This document shows, piece by piece, positions 48,521 to 62,274 of a stretch of 64,000 nt of DNA (position 1 is the stretch's first letter; every line of letters starts with the position of its first letter). This stretch comes from Leucoraja erinacea (lineage: Eukaryota): NCBI RefSeq assembly GCF_028641065.1, contig NC_073408.1, positions 11,160,001 through 11,224,000 on the forward strand, in the 5' to 3' direction. The notes under the pieces are model-generated. The model was not told where the DNA came from. It did no database searches and was given only the letters and a program-made list of their open reading frames with translations. The position numbers and the translations under genes were made by a program.

Positions 48521-51500
48521 CCTAGAGAACTAGAGGGACATCATTGTGCCATTTGATAATTGGGCTTGTTGGAATTGGAAGCGAGAGGGTACTACACTCC
48601 GAGGAGCTGCGTGGGACGGTCTCTCTAAGTACTGCTTCTTCAACATTGCAGTGCCTGTTCAAGGGGCAAAGCACTGCTCCTTCATTGAGGTTCCTGCGAT
48701 AGTCCAGCAGACTGACCCTGGGCCATTGGAAGGGGCGTGGACAGGGAGAGCAACACTGTGGGAGGGGCAACACCGATAGAGGGGCCGTCAGTGCCATCCC
48801 TCTGGCGGTGCTATCCAATGGACAATGCTGCGTCCAGCGTAGGAACAGGCCCTTCAGCCCTTCATGTCCGTTCCAAACATGAAGTCGTCAAACTAATCAC
48901 CTGTCTCTTTCTGTACTGTCTGACTATTGGGCCAAACATGAGCAAATAGGGACTAGCATGGACAAGGCATCTTGGTCACTGTGGGCGAGTTGGCCCCCAT
49001 GCTGTGTGACACCTCTCCCTACACACGATCCATGTCCTTCCATTCCTGCATATTCACGCCTCTCCAGAATTCTTCAATTCCCTGGACACTACCCCTCCAT
49101 GCTCCAGACTGCCAGGTTGCCCTCTGATGATCGTGCTGCTCCTCAGTGCTGTCTCTCTGGAGTCCTACAGTCCCTCCGCACGGCCCCTCCAACAAATGCC
49201 CCCTGATCACCCTCTGTCGTGCTTGCCTCTGCTCTACAGGGCTATTGAGTGGGGCCCTGGTAACTGGCTCTCCAGTCCAGCTCATTCCCAAACTTCATGA
49301 GCTGACAGAGGATTTACAATCCTATTACAATCAAAACCGCCTTGTGTTGAGGAGCTGTAAAACACTCCACTTTACAAGCAGATTGTTTTACAGCCTCATC
49401 AGTTTATAACAGCATGGTTATTTGTTTGCTAACACTGGATGCTGAAGGATCAGCTGCCCGCTGGTCAAACACCAAACAACTGGTGCGGTACATCGTTGGG
49501 GTGGCACAGCAGTAGAGTTATGCCCCTGTCCTGCCTTAATTGCTGCTTTAAGGTGCCAGAAACCCAGGTTCGATCCTGATAAAGGGCGCTGTCTGTACGG
49601 AGTTTGCACGTTCTCCCTGTGACCGCGTGGGTTTTCTCCAGGTGCTCCGGTTTCCTCCCACACTGTAAATTGTAAAATTGTTCCTAGTGTGTATGATAGT
49701 GTTCGTGTATGGGGTGATCGCTGGTCAGCACGGACTCAGTGGGCCGAAGGGCCTGTTTCCACTCTGTATCAAAGTACACAGTGCTCCTCTTATAGAGTCC
49801 ACATCACAAGATTAGACATTGTACAGCCAGAGCTGAACACACTTCTAGGCATCTGCATACAATGGTGTCTTGTGCTTCTTGTGCTTCTTGTACATGGTGG
49901 TGGAAAGATTGGTGGAAACAGGACAGCGACAAGAATGCTCTTTCCTTGACCCCAGTACAGTAGTGGGGTGTAGTGTCTGTGTGCAAGGGGGGGTGGGGGG
50001 CATATACAGGAGCAGTGATGCCCCATGACAGTGAAGAGATTTTGAGAAATGCTCATGTGATAACTCATGGATAACGCAAATACATTTTATTTTAATATTT
50101 TGTTTCTTATAATTCCACCCATCCTTTTTCTCCAGAGATACTGCCTGACCTGAGTTACTCCAGCACTTTGCGCCCATTTGGGCATTAACCAGCATCTGCA
50201 GTTCTTTGTTTCCAAATAAAGGCTGGTTTGTTCTTGTTTAATATCCCTTCATCCCAGCCACAGTGAAGTTAGTTCACAACTGAGGGCACAGCTAGCTTCC
50301 TGGTTGTTTTGTGCCAGCATCACAGAGCAGGGGACTACCACCCATCAGTTTCTTGTTAGTGGATCTGTGTGAAAACTTGTCTGAACGAGCAAACATCAGC
50401 GTACTATTCACAGAATCTCACCATTTCAGCTCTTGATTTCAATCTCACAATTTCATCTTGTATTCGAGGCCAGCAGTTTCAAAACTGCTGAGAGGAATTG
50501 ACAGGGTCATAGTAACTTCCTGGTTTTTCCTCTTACCCATCCTTTGGGAACTGGGAATTGGCAGAGGATGCTCACATTCCAGTTCACCCATGCATGTTGC
50601 TCTCCTTCACACAGAAATTATGGAAAAACTTCCATCATTCTCTCCGATATTTCTCCCTCCCTCAGAACCCCCAATGTAAACCATCCAGTGATTCAGATTC
50701 AGATTCAATTTTAAACAGTGTACAGTACAGAGACAATGAAATGCATTAACCCGTGACCCGTACGAAATTACCTTCCGTCCCATCTCCTGGCTTGAATAAC
50801 AACTCTCACCAACATTCTCCACACCCTCCCCCTTTGCTCTTTGGCTGTGAAAACACAGGTTACTCGAGCCAAACCCATGTGTCCAAACCCATGCTTCACT
50901 CCCTATCTTGTTCACTGTCCCTGTTTAAAACTTTCAATCAATTGTCCCAGTGCATTCTTGCTTTTTCTCATCCTCATTTTGTAAATTTCCTTTACCTCTG
51001 ATCAACTCCTTACTGTCTCCTAGAGTCATACAGCACAGATACAGATTCTTGTGGCCAACCAAGTCTATGCCCACATATACTCATACATTAGTCAGCATTA
51101 ATTCCTCCCACATTATCAGTTCTGCATATACTGAGGAATAGCTAGGATAGACAGCCGTAGAACATAGAGGAGTGCAGCACAGGAACAGCCCACAATATCT
51201 GTGCCGAACATGATACTAATAACACCTCTTATATAATCTCCGTATATCCCTCCATTCCCTGCTTATCTATACATCTATCCAAAAGTCTCCTAAATGCTGC
51301 TATCATATCTGCCTCAACAGTGCGTTCCAGACACTCGCCACCCTCTGTGTAAAAGATTTTCCCCCCATGTCTCCTTTAGACTTTCCCCCTCGCACCTTAC
51401 AGCTACGCACTCTAGTATTTGACTTTTCCATCCTGGGAGAAAGGTTCTGTTTGTTTAAGAAGGAACTGCAGATGCTGGTTTACACCGAATATAGACACAA

Positions 51501-53661
51501 AATGCTGGAGTAACTATGCTGCTGTTCTGTTTGTTTCCCCTATTAAAGCCTCGCATCATTTTATAAATAAATACATTTTATAAAATGATTTTATAAACTG
51601 AACCTTTTCCCGGGATGTAAATAAATAATACGGTGCTAGAGGGTGTAGCTTTAAAGTGAAAGGAGGAAATTACAAAGGAGATGTGCAAGGCCAGTTTCTT
51701 TACACAGAGGCTGGTGAGTGCCTGGTATGTGCTGGTAGTGGCGGCAGAAATGATAGTGGCATTAAAAGACTTTTGGATAGAGCAAGGACTGGAGAGATGT
51801 GGATTGTGTGCATGCATAAGATTTAGTCTGGGCATCATGCTGGGCAGACATTGTGGACCGAAGTGCCTGCCCTGTGCTGTACTGTTCTATGAGTGGCTTT
51901 TTATTCCACTTGTTTAGTTTAGAGATACAGCACGGAAACAGGCCCTTCGGCCCAACGAGTCCACACAAACCAGCGATCTTCACACACTAGCACACCACAC
52001 TGCACACACTAGGGACAATTTACAATTTTACCAAGCCCATTGGCCTACAAACGTGTACATCTGTGGAGTGCGGGAGGAAACTGAAGCATCCGGAGAAACC
52101 CACGCAAGTCACGCACGGGGAGCGTGTACAAACTCCATACAGACAGCACCCGTAGTCAGGATAGAAACTGGGTCTCTGACACTGTAAGGCAGCAACTCTA
52201 CCCATTGCGCCACCGAGCCACCCTTACTTAAGTGCTTAATCATGATTAATGTGGATACTTGATACATTTTTTTGTTAGAATAATTTTTAAAGGTGCACCT
52301 TCTAAGGATCCATTCCAGGATAACATTTGTCCTGGGACAATCCTTACCCTCCTCGTCCCTCCATCAGCACCCAGATCCCACACATCCATTCACGAGTGGC
52401 TTCCTATGAGGTTCATCCATTCACCTCGCCTGCTTGGCGCCAATCAAATGAAACTTGCACTCAATGGCAGAACAGAACCCATCCGATGGGAATGGGGAAA
52501 GGACATGAAGCCCACCCACACCATTCATGGACCTCTCCTACATAATGCTGATTGAGAAGGTATCATATGCCAACAGGGATGAGTATGTGCTGAGACTCGA
52601 GTTTTCTGTCAAATAGTTGAACCCTGCAACCCGTGTCCCATTGTGAAGCCATCAACATATCAGCAATCCATTATTATTTAACAGCTAGTTTTAGATTGCA
52701 ATTAATTGTGACTTCATCTCAAAATAATTTGCAATTAGCTCTTTTAATCAATTGAGGACCCCATCTGTTACATTGTTTCAAGTTTGCTGTAACCATCAAA
52801 ATCACGTTCTTAAACAGGTTCATCCCGATCAATATTCCTGATTTGTGCCCCTTCTTATTTATTTTTTAATATTTGGTGATACCATGCAATTTTGTAGATT
52901 AAAAAAAAACTGAGCAGGGGCCCTATTTGTTGAGGTGCACTATGTTTTTCAGTCGAGCATTCTTGTCCGTCAATGACTGCCCTGCTCTGTCCTCTCCTGT
53001 AATGCACTGCCCTGCCATACATTGCCACTGCTCTAGAGAGCTGTCTCCCTCATCATTGCGTGGAGCATTGGGTTAATGTTCAATGAACTGGAGACAGTGG
53101 CAGTGCATTTCTCCCGTGTGGCACATGCGCCACCCAGTGGTGGTATTTTCTATTGCAGTTCGGAGTGCAAGGTTCTGAGTTCACAACGTTAACCTCTAGG
53201 TCTTAAGGAACGAACTGCAGGTGCTGGTTTAAACCAAAGATAGGCATAAAAGACTGGAGTAACTCAGCGAGTCAGACAGCATCTCTGGAGAAAAGGACTA
53301 GGTGATGTTTCTCAGAGATGCTGTCTGACCCGCTGAGTTACTCAGGCCTTTTATGTCTATCTTCGATTGACATCTCAGTGTTGGAGTAACTCAATACACA
53401 TGGATAGGTGCCATTTTCGGCCATGACCCTTCGCCACTGCGTTTGTGATGGGAGGTCACTATTGGACCCGTATCTCTGGCGCTGTGAGGCCGCAGCTTTA
53501 CCAGCTGTGCCATCGTGCCGCACCTGGTTGCCCAAGGTCGGCACTGGAATGCTGTAGGCAGCCAGCGGTGGCATCACCATCATGGGAGACGATTGCTCTG
53601 TGGCTCGGCGGTGGTGGGTTGAACTGAACCTTCGTCACGTTGCCACTCTCTCCCTCCACAG

Positions 53662-53872
53662 ATCCTGTACTACCACTCCGCGGTGTTCCCTGCCGCACAA
53701 GGCCCATTGAAGGATCGAGTCCTGTGGAACGGGAATGTTATGAACGGCAATGCTTCCATCGTCGTGAAGAATCTGACACTGGTCGACAATGGGACGTTCA
53801 GTTGTGTGGTCCAGAACCCGCCGGATCTCAGCAGTTTTGTGCCGACTACTGTACTCACCGTCATCAAGAGAG
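53662..53872 (+). CDS. MPZL3: MPZL3 exon 3 (ILYYHSAVFP...KDRVLWNGNV...DNGTFSCVVQNPPD...PTTVLTVIKR)
   Basis: 211 nt, the same length as MPZL2 exon 3; P0-family motif; canonical splice sites. Confidence 0.95.
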
Positions 53873-54776
53873 GTGAGCAACTCGGAGGGAGTGGGAGGGG
53901 AAACATTTTGTAGCTGCTTGTTAAATGTTGAGGGTATGATCCCTACAAACTCCGTACGGGCAGCAACACCAGATCGAACACGGGTCTTTTTAGTCCGCTG
54001 CCGTAAATCAACTTATTAATAAATTGAGCTGGGAAGTGGGAAAAAAACTTTATAAAAGAAACACAATGTACTGGGGTAACTCAGCAGATCAGGCAGCATC
54101 CCTGGAGAACATGGATAGGTGATGTATCAGGTCGGGGCCCTTCTTCAGACGGGGAGTGTAGCTCACCAACATCAGTCTGAAGAAGGGTCTCAACCCAAAA
54201 CGTCACCCATTCCTTCTCTCCAGAGATGCTGCCTGTCCCGCTGAGTTACTCCGGCATTTTGTGTCTACCTTCAATAACAGAGGATGCATGTTAAGGAAAA
54301 TAGTTTCAAAATGAAATCAAAAAGTACACGAGGAGAAAAAGAATAAAAAAACTGAAAACCTGTGACTTAGTAGTTTAGTTTACTTTAGAGAAACAGCGTG
54401 GGAAGTGGCCCTTCAGCCCACCGGGTCCGTACTGACCAGCAATCCCCGCACATTGTCACTATCCTACACACACTGGGGACAATTTACAATTTTGCCGATG
54501 CCAATTAACCTATCAACCTGTAGGTCTTTGTAGTGTTGGAGGAAACCAGAGCACCTGGAGAAAACCCACGCAGGTTACATGGAGAATGTACAAACTCAGT
54601 ACATACAGCACCCGTAGTTAGGATTGAACCCGGGTCTCTGGCGCTGTATGGCAGCAACTCTACCGCTGCGCACCATAGAAGGAATGATAGGAGGTGTACA
54701 CTTTCCGTTTGGGCTGAATGGCCTGTTTCTGCGCAGTGTGTTCAGTGTAACTTCAGCCTTGCTTCTCTCTGCACAG

Positions 54777-54930
54777 AGATCCCGTTCCGACTGAGTGTGG
54801 TGGTGGTGCTGATGCTGTTGGTGGTCGTCCCCACTCTGCTGGTGGTCACCCTGCTCCTGGTGCGGACCGCCAAGAGATTTGATATCTGCGGATCTAACGG
54901 CAGCAAGTCACCGATTGAGGTGTTGGAAGG
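54777..54930 (+). CDS. MPZL3: MPZL3 exon 4, transmembrane (EIPFRLSVVVVLMLLVVVPTLLVVTLLLVRTAKR...KSPIEVLE)
   Basis: VP.....LLLVR and KS.IEV motifs typical of MPZL3; phase 1-2. Confidence 0.92.
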
Positions 54931-55074
54931 GTAGGTACAGAAACGGCACCGGGGCTTGGTGTCGAGAACCGGCTGTTTGCCGTTATTGAGCAAACCGGCA
55001 ACTTCCCTTCCAAAGCCCAGAGCACTTTCTGACCAGCAAGTTGCTGTAACAAATCAGGTCATACACTGCATTAA

Positions 55075-55890
55075 ACTGCCCTACACTGCCCTACACTGCC
55101 CTACACTACACTACACTGCATTATACTACACTACACTGCATTACACTACACTCCACTGCATTACACTGCACTGTACTGCACTACACTGCACTACACTGCA
55201 CTACACTACACTGCATTATACTACACTCCACTGCATTACACTACACTCCACTGCATTACACTGCACTGTACTGCACTACACTGTACTACACTACACTGCC
55301 CTACACTGTACTACACTACACTACACTACACTACACTACACTACACTACACTGCACTGTACTACACTACACTGTACTACACTACACTACACTGCACACTG
55401 TACCACACTACACTGCATTAAACTGCCCTACACTGCCCTACACTACACTACACTACACTACACTACACTACACTACACTACACTGCACTGTACTACACTA
55501 CACTGCACAGCATTACACTACACTACACTGTACTACACTGCACTACACTACACTGTACTGAACTACACTACACTACACTGCCCTACACTACACTACACTA
55601 CACTACACTACACTACACTGCATTACACTGCATTACACTGCATTACACTGCATTACACTGCACTACACTACACTGCACTACACTACACTACATTGCACTG
55701 TACTACACTACACTACACTGCAACTCACTACACAACACTGCACTACACTGTACTACACTACACTACATTGTACTGTACTGCACTACATTGCACTGCACTA
55801 CACTACACTGCACTACACTACACTGCACTACACTACACTGCACAGCACTACACTGCCCTACACTGCCCTACACTGCACTACACTGCACTG
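55075..55890. repeat. (CACTA/CACTG)n pentanucleotide array in MPZL3 intron 4
   Basis: Directly visible; it explains the LHYTT ORFs in the track. Confidence 0.97.
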
Positions 55891-56160
55891 TCTCGGGGAT
55901 CTGGGGTGGAGGGTACTACACAAAGGAGTCCCATGCAAACTTTCTATCCCGGTCCACACACTCGCCAGCCGCCTGCCTCTTTTGCTGGCTGGATGAGTCT
56001 GTGTTCCATGTATACATGGAGTGTGTGAGGTTGCGGCCCCTGTTCCAATATCTGAAGGGGTTACTCCTTGCCTTCTGGCTGCACTTCACACCTACTATTC
56101 TCATCTTTGGACACCCTGTGTGCAGGGGAGAGGATAGTGGTGAAGATGTCCTGGTTGGAC
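55891..56160 (+). mobile_element. Tx1/L1-clade ORF2 C-terminal zinc-knuckle fragment
   Basis: GDLGWRVLH...CLFCWLDESVFHVYMEC (CCHC)...LIFG. Confidence 0.75.
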
Positions 56161-56448
56161 ATGGAGATAGCAGCAAATCCCACTGTCCTGACATTCCTTC
56201 CCCTTCCCAAACACCATTCCCTTTCCAGATACCTCCACATGAACACGCCCAACCCTCCTTGCCAAACTCCTTTGCACCCAAACCCCTTCTGCCCCTGGTG
56301 CTTGGTAGGTGTACAGGGGGTTCATTTACTCTTTGGTCAATGCCAACGCTACTTTTCTTCCTTAAATATTACGTTTATTACTTTGAGGAAATTAATTTTG
56401 CTCTTGCTACGAATTACTAACCCTGACTGAAACTCTCTTCCTGTACAG

Positions 56449-56515
56449 AGACGGTGATGCCTCTGTTGATGATTTGAGGAGCGGTTGTTGCAGGCGATGC
56501 GTTGCGTGTTTGCAG
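56449..56515 (+). CDS. MPZL3: MPZL3 exon 5 (GDGDASVDDLRSGCCRRCVACLQ)
   Basis: Perfect TACTAAC branch point at 56415-56421; 67 nt, phase 2-0; CxxCxxCL cluster as in mammalian MPZL3. Confidence 0.9.
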
Positions 56516-57749
56516 GTGGGTGCCAGCACGAACCGTCCAGAAATCAACCCCACCCCCACCCTCCCTCCTCCAACCCCCACCTCCCATTCGGGATTGCCCC
56601 TGAGAGGGGGCAGGGGTCAAGGGTGAGATTAGAGAGAAGGGGGCGAGGGGAGGTAAAAAGGAGGCAGGAAGGTAACTGGCTGGGGAAGTGCGGGGGAGAT
56701 GGGAGAGAGGGCATGGTTGGTGCATCGGATGTTCCTCGGACTGCCCCGTGGTCAACCTGTGCCCAACATTGCTCAGTAGCTGAATTCTATGCTACGGAGT
56801 CAGCACAAGTTTGTGGTGAGAACGGCAAAGAGCAGAGATGAAGGAACGCTGCATCCAAGCACAATCCAATGGCAACTTGTAACCCATCACACCAACATCA
56901 CGGATATGTGCAGGGAAGGGCATGGAAGCCATGTGGTGTAGCGGCAAGCTTGGCTGTATCATCGCCTACACCAACACAGTCTAGGGCAAGACTGCAATCC
57001 CACATTTCTTTAGCTGTAGTGAGTCCGGGCCTGTGATGGCAGGTTAATGTATGAACTGTGAGGAGCCCTGTGCATTATTAGTATTCAAAGCATAGTTTCA
57101 AGAGTGTTGGTAAAGAGAGGGTTGACTGGATCAGATATATAGTCCTTTGTTGAAGGCCATTCAGCCCATTGCATCACTGTTGTGTTGAGAGCAATTCCAT
57201 GTCTCCATCGATTTCTTGGCATCCTATTCATCACACTCTGATTTTCCTACTACCTCCCTAAACCAGTGGTAATTTAGAGTGGCCAGTTTTGGGATGTGGA
57301 GCCAGGGCCCCGGGAGGGAAGACACTCGCGGTGATGGGTAGAACGTGCAAACTCCACATTGACGGGTGGTGATACCATCTGCCGAACCACTCTGCCACCC
57401 TGTGGCCAACCTGTGTCCTACACTGCTCGGGGATTGTTTGCTGGAGCAGGGTAGATAGAGCAAGCCTTGTATCACCCTATTTCATACCTGCGGTGGGTGT
57501 ACCAGCACCTTTCACTGGCAATTTTCCAGATGATTTAATTTAATTTCATTTCATTTATTGTCATGTGTAGCGAGGTACAGTGGAAAAGCTTGTACATGGT
57601 TACATTCAAGCCATTCACAATGTACGGTTACATGTTACGGGAAAGCTTAGTGCAGGATAAAGCCATGTAAAGTCCGGTCAAAGGTAGTCCAAGGGCCTCT
57701 ACTGAGACAGATAGTAGTTTTATTGTTCTTGTGGTTTCTTTTTTTCCAG

Positions 57750-57812
57750 GATTCCGACGAGGAAGATGAGGATTTCCATCATTTTTACCCCACGTCAGAG
57801 TCGGTTACATAG
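57750..57812 (+). CDS. MPZL3: MPZL3 last coding exon (DSDEEDEDFHHFYPTSESVT*)
   Basis: Strong polypyrimidine acceptor; DSD-acidic start as in human DSDYEETY; TAG stop; AATAAA at 57967-57972. Confidence 0.88.
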   Translation, partial: DSDEEDEDFHHFYPTSESVT

Positions 57813-60800
57813 CCTGAGGTGGTCCTTGTCTCAATGGGTGTCCCCTGATCAGTGTCAGGGAGGGAATCATCTTTCTGTCACCGCTCCAGCTAATGCATGA
57901 GTAGGGTGGGGGTGGGTCGCGTGACATCCTATCTTCTCTCTCGTGCTTGCTCTGGTAAAAAGGATGAATAAATATGTATATTTTTAAATTGAGGGGGTGC
58001 TAATTCTACAGTGAGATTTTACACTGGTTAGCTCTATATCCAGTTTTTAAACCACAGAAACGTATATGTGAATACGGAGCAGATCCATTATATCTATATG
58101 TACGAGGCCTACTCTGACATTCAGTCAGACATGGCTGATCTTCTGCAACTACATATCTTTCAGATAGGCACATGGATATGCAGAGAATAGAGAGAGTGCT
58201 GTGGATCACATCTAGGCGGAGGATGCCATCATGTTTGGCATGGACATTATGGGCTGAAGGGCCTGGTGCTGTGCCGTACCCTCTTTGTAGAAACAAGGGA
58301 CCTGCAGATAGTCTTGCAGCACGGAAACAGGCCCTTTTAACCCAACCTGCCCACATCAACCAATGTGTCCCATCTACACTTACACCCACCTGCCTGCATT
58401 GGGTCCATACCCCTCTAAACTTGTCCTATCCATGTACTTGCCCAAATGTTTTTTAAATGTTGCTATAGCACCTGCATCAACCACCTCCTCCGACAGCTCG
58501 TTCCAGAAACGCTAGTTTACAAACAAAGAGACACAAAGTGTTGGAGGAACCCAGTGGGTCAGGCAACAGCATCCCTGGAACATGGATAGGTGATGGTTCA
58601 GGTCAGGGTCCTCCTTCATATATGCCTATGGTATCAACTCATTTCACCATGTTCTCCCTGGTGACCTGCCCTTGGTACTCAAGCCCATGGATGGGCCTAT
58701 ACGTGATTTGTGACCTTGCCAAAGCTTTGCACTTTGCGCTAGAAATCCGATAATCAGGCAGCCTGGGGACTTTGGTGATTCTGGATTTAGGTTTTTTTCC
58801 CCCAGATTATTGGATGTTATTCTTTTAATATGCAGTCCCGCATTTAGTTCACTATTTGTGCATGTCACACAATGGTGAAACAATTGTTTCCGCGAATCCT
58901 GTCAGTTTAAAGGGAACAGGAAGTGTACATACACTCTGGTCCCCCACAACAAACCTACCCACATTCCCAGCCCCTTGTGTTCCTGACCCCACACCCTGGC
59001 TTTGGCCCACACCATTCCTGTTCCCTGGACCCAGTTCTAGACTAATGAGTGAGTCAGATGCCAAACCCTCAGAGTTTCTCAACAATTAAGCTGTAGGATT
59101 ATTGGAGTCTTGTCTGTGGAAAGGTCTAGAACATTAGCGGAGGGACATGATATGAATTTCTCCGAAATCTGTTTAAAAAGGACACAAAGTGCCAGAGTAA
59201 TTCATCTCTGGAGAACACGGATAGGTGATGTTTCACGTAGGGACCCTTCTTCAGACTCCACCCTTCCTGAGGTCATCTCTTGCCGGCCCTGTTTTGTTCT
59301 GGCCTTCCTTATCTTTTAGTTTGGAGAAGGGTTCTGACCTGAAACGCCACCTATTCCTTCTCTCCAGAGATGCTGCCTGACCCACTGAGTTACTCCAGCG
59401 TTTTGTGTCTATCTTCATAGTGATCCAGGAGCTCAGTGTTTAATGGGGGAGTTGGCATCCGTTTTATAGATACACACGTATCACCCCAGGCAACAGCAAT
59501 ACATGAGCAATGATGAGTGGGTTAGGGGTTGCAGTCGCTAAAAGAAGAAGCTAAGCTTTGTGTAAATGTCGACTGCAGCATTATTACCTGAAGTTGTTGG
59601 TCTCCATGGTAACTTCGGAAGAGGGCAAAGATCAAGTGCTGTTCCTCAAGTTCACCTTGACCTTCACAATACAGGTCGTCCCATCACCTGACTTGTGCAA
59701 AAACGCACAAACAAACGAGCTCCATAATATGATTAAACTCAAAAGTCCAACATATGTACATTTCTGTATAGCAGAACTAATTTCCTCTCTTTCACCACCT
59801 CTAGTAATTGTTCAGTCCTGTCCGCCTTGTGTGCTTTTGATGCCACTCATTGCAATACTGCAGAAATATGGCTGAAATATCAGGGGATTTTGTGCATTCT
59901 GCAATTTATGGAAAATTTGACGTCCGTAAAAACAGCAACCAATCCCTGGAGTTGAGCAGGTTGAGCAGCATAGTGTGTGTGTGTGTGGGGGGGAGAAATA
60001 GTTAATGTTTCAGGTTGAAACTAGGGCAGGATAGTGTATGGATCGGTCGGTTTGGACTCGGTGGGCTGAAATGCCTGTCTCAATGCTGTATCTCGAAACT
60101 CTCCTGCTGCTCCCTCAATCACAGTCATATCTTTCTGTTCATTCCTCCCTCTCCTTCCCCCCTCACTCCCTACCCTAAACTCAGTCACAGACAAGCATTT
60201 CTCATTTTTGTTCATTTTCACGAAAGGTCAACTTGAAACATTAACTCCATTCCCCTCTCTAGCATGCTGCCTGATCTGCTGAGTGTTACGTGCAATTTTA
60301 TGCTTTGTATTTAACCAGCAGCTATTATCTGTCGTTAGTCTGGATATTATGCTGAAAATTATGATATTTGTATTTATTTCCATGCAGTTGGGTTTTATAA
60401 TGGTCCTTGTAAATGAAATAAAATGTAACTTAAATATAATTGTAATTTATTTTATCAGCCAAGTATGAAAACAAAACAAGTGTGTAAATCATAGGAAGAC
60501 TTTGATTTGCCAAACAGTCACAGCAAGAAATCAGCAAACACGCAACCACATAAACATTTAACATAAACATCCACCACAGTGGCTCCTCCACATTCCTCAT
60601 TGGGATGGAATGCAATAAAGCATTATCTTCCTTCCTCCTTTTTCTCCCGGGGTTGGGGGAGTTGAACCATCTGCAGTCAGGGCGATTGAAGCTCCTGCAG
60701 CCCGCGATCGAAGCCCCCGTGATCGGGGCGGTAGAAGCTCCCGTGGTTGGAGCTCCCGAAGTCGGTCTCTAACCAGGGACCGCGAGCTCCATGATGTTAA

Positions 60801-62274
60801 AGTCCGCAGTTGGAGCTTCCGAGGACGTTCCCCAGCAAGAGGCCGCCAGCTCCACCATGTTCGGCCGCAGTGCAAACGGAGATACGGTAAGGAAAAAGTT
60901 GCATCTCCATCGAGGAAAGAGCTAAAAAAAGTTTCCCCCCTCCACATAATACTAACTAAACAACATTTAACTATAGACTAAAAATCAACAAAGAGCATCG
61001 AAGAGACAAACTGTTGGCGAGGCAGCAGATGTACGGCGCCACCCAGTGGAATATAGTGGGTTAAATTTATGTAGTGTAAGTTAATTTACTAAATAAAAAA
61101 TACAAACTAAAAATAAAAGTGTGTACTAAAATGATATTCAATATAATAAATATTAATTTTAAGTAGGTGTGTAGAATGTGTAAATTTAATTCATTTCAGT
61201 GTTGAAGGAGATGAGCAGGCAGACTTTTTAACACAGAAGGTGGTGTGTGCCTCACACACTACAAGGAGTGCTGCTGAGACAAATGTGATTGGGGCAATTA
61301 AGAGACTTCTAGAGAGCCACTTGAATATGGGGGAATATGGATTATGTGTAGGCAGATAAAAGTTGGTCTTGGCGTCATGTTTGGTACAGACATTGTGGGC
61401 ATTTGACAAAAATGGGCCAAAGAGCCTGTTTCCGTGTTCTATAACTCTATGATTGTTCCTGTGCAAAAAGGAACTCCAGATGCCGGCTTAAACCGAAGAT
61501 AGGCACAAAAAGCTGGAGTAACTCAGTGGGACGAACGGCATCTCTGGAGAGAAGGAATGGGTGACGTTTTGGGTCGAGACTTAGAAGAAGGGTCTCGACC
61601 CAAAACATCACCCATACCTTCTCTCCAGAGATGCTGCCTGGCCCCGCTGAGTTACTCCAGCTTTTTGTGTCTATCTATGATTGTTCTTGCGTCTTACTGC
61701 TCTTGGTGACAGAGAGTTTAAACACTGAACAGGGAAATTACAGATTCATGAATGTCTATCACACTGTCAAAAGCTATCACACTGACATCAGATATGTTGT
61801 CAGGGAAGCTTATTCATAGCCAGCGTTGCTTCATGTTTGGTGCTAAAGTTACTCATTTACACAAGCATTGGTAATTCAAATAGTGTCGAAGGGGAAAACA
61901 GCTGGCATCAAATGATGAAGTGATGCAACAAATCAGCCTGCGGTTTTCATTGACATCATTCCTGCTGAGTCTTTGTGTTTAATTTCCCCATTTCTTAATT
62001 TGGGTAAACCCAAAACAAACTTGCATATGGAAAATGGGCTTACGTGTTGATTTCCAAGTATCATCCTTTAACATTTTCCAAACTATGAACAGCTTTAATA
62101 CAGGCTTTCAATTCATCTGCGGTATTATCTTCTGAAACTGCTGGTTGTATTTGACAAGTATTAATTTCAAGAGGTACACAAAAGTGCTGGAGAAACTCAG
62201 CGGGTGCAGCAGCATCTATGGAGCGAAGGAAATAGGCAACGTTTTGGGCCGAAACCCTTAATTTCAAGAGAGCT

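Noticed and set aside
55075-55890. Possible CRISPR-like array or CACTA transposon termini
   Set aside because: Simple tandem 5-mers with no unique spacers and no TIR/TSD structure; eukaryotic context.
54956-56028. Long His/Tyr/Thr-rich ORFs (LHYTT repeats)
   Set aside because: Translation of a pentanucleotide microsatellite inside an MPZL3 intron.
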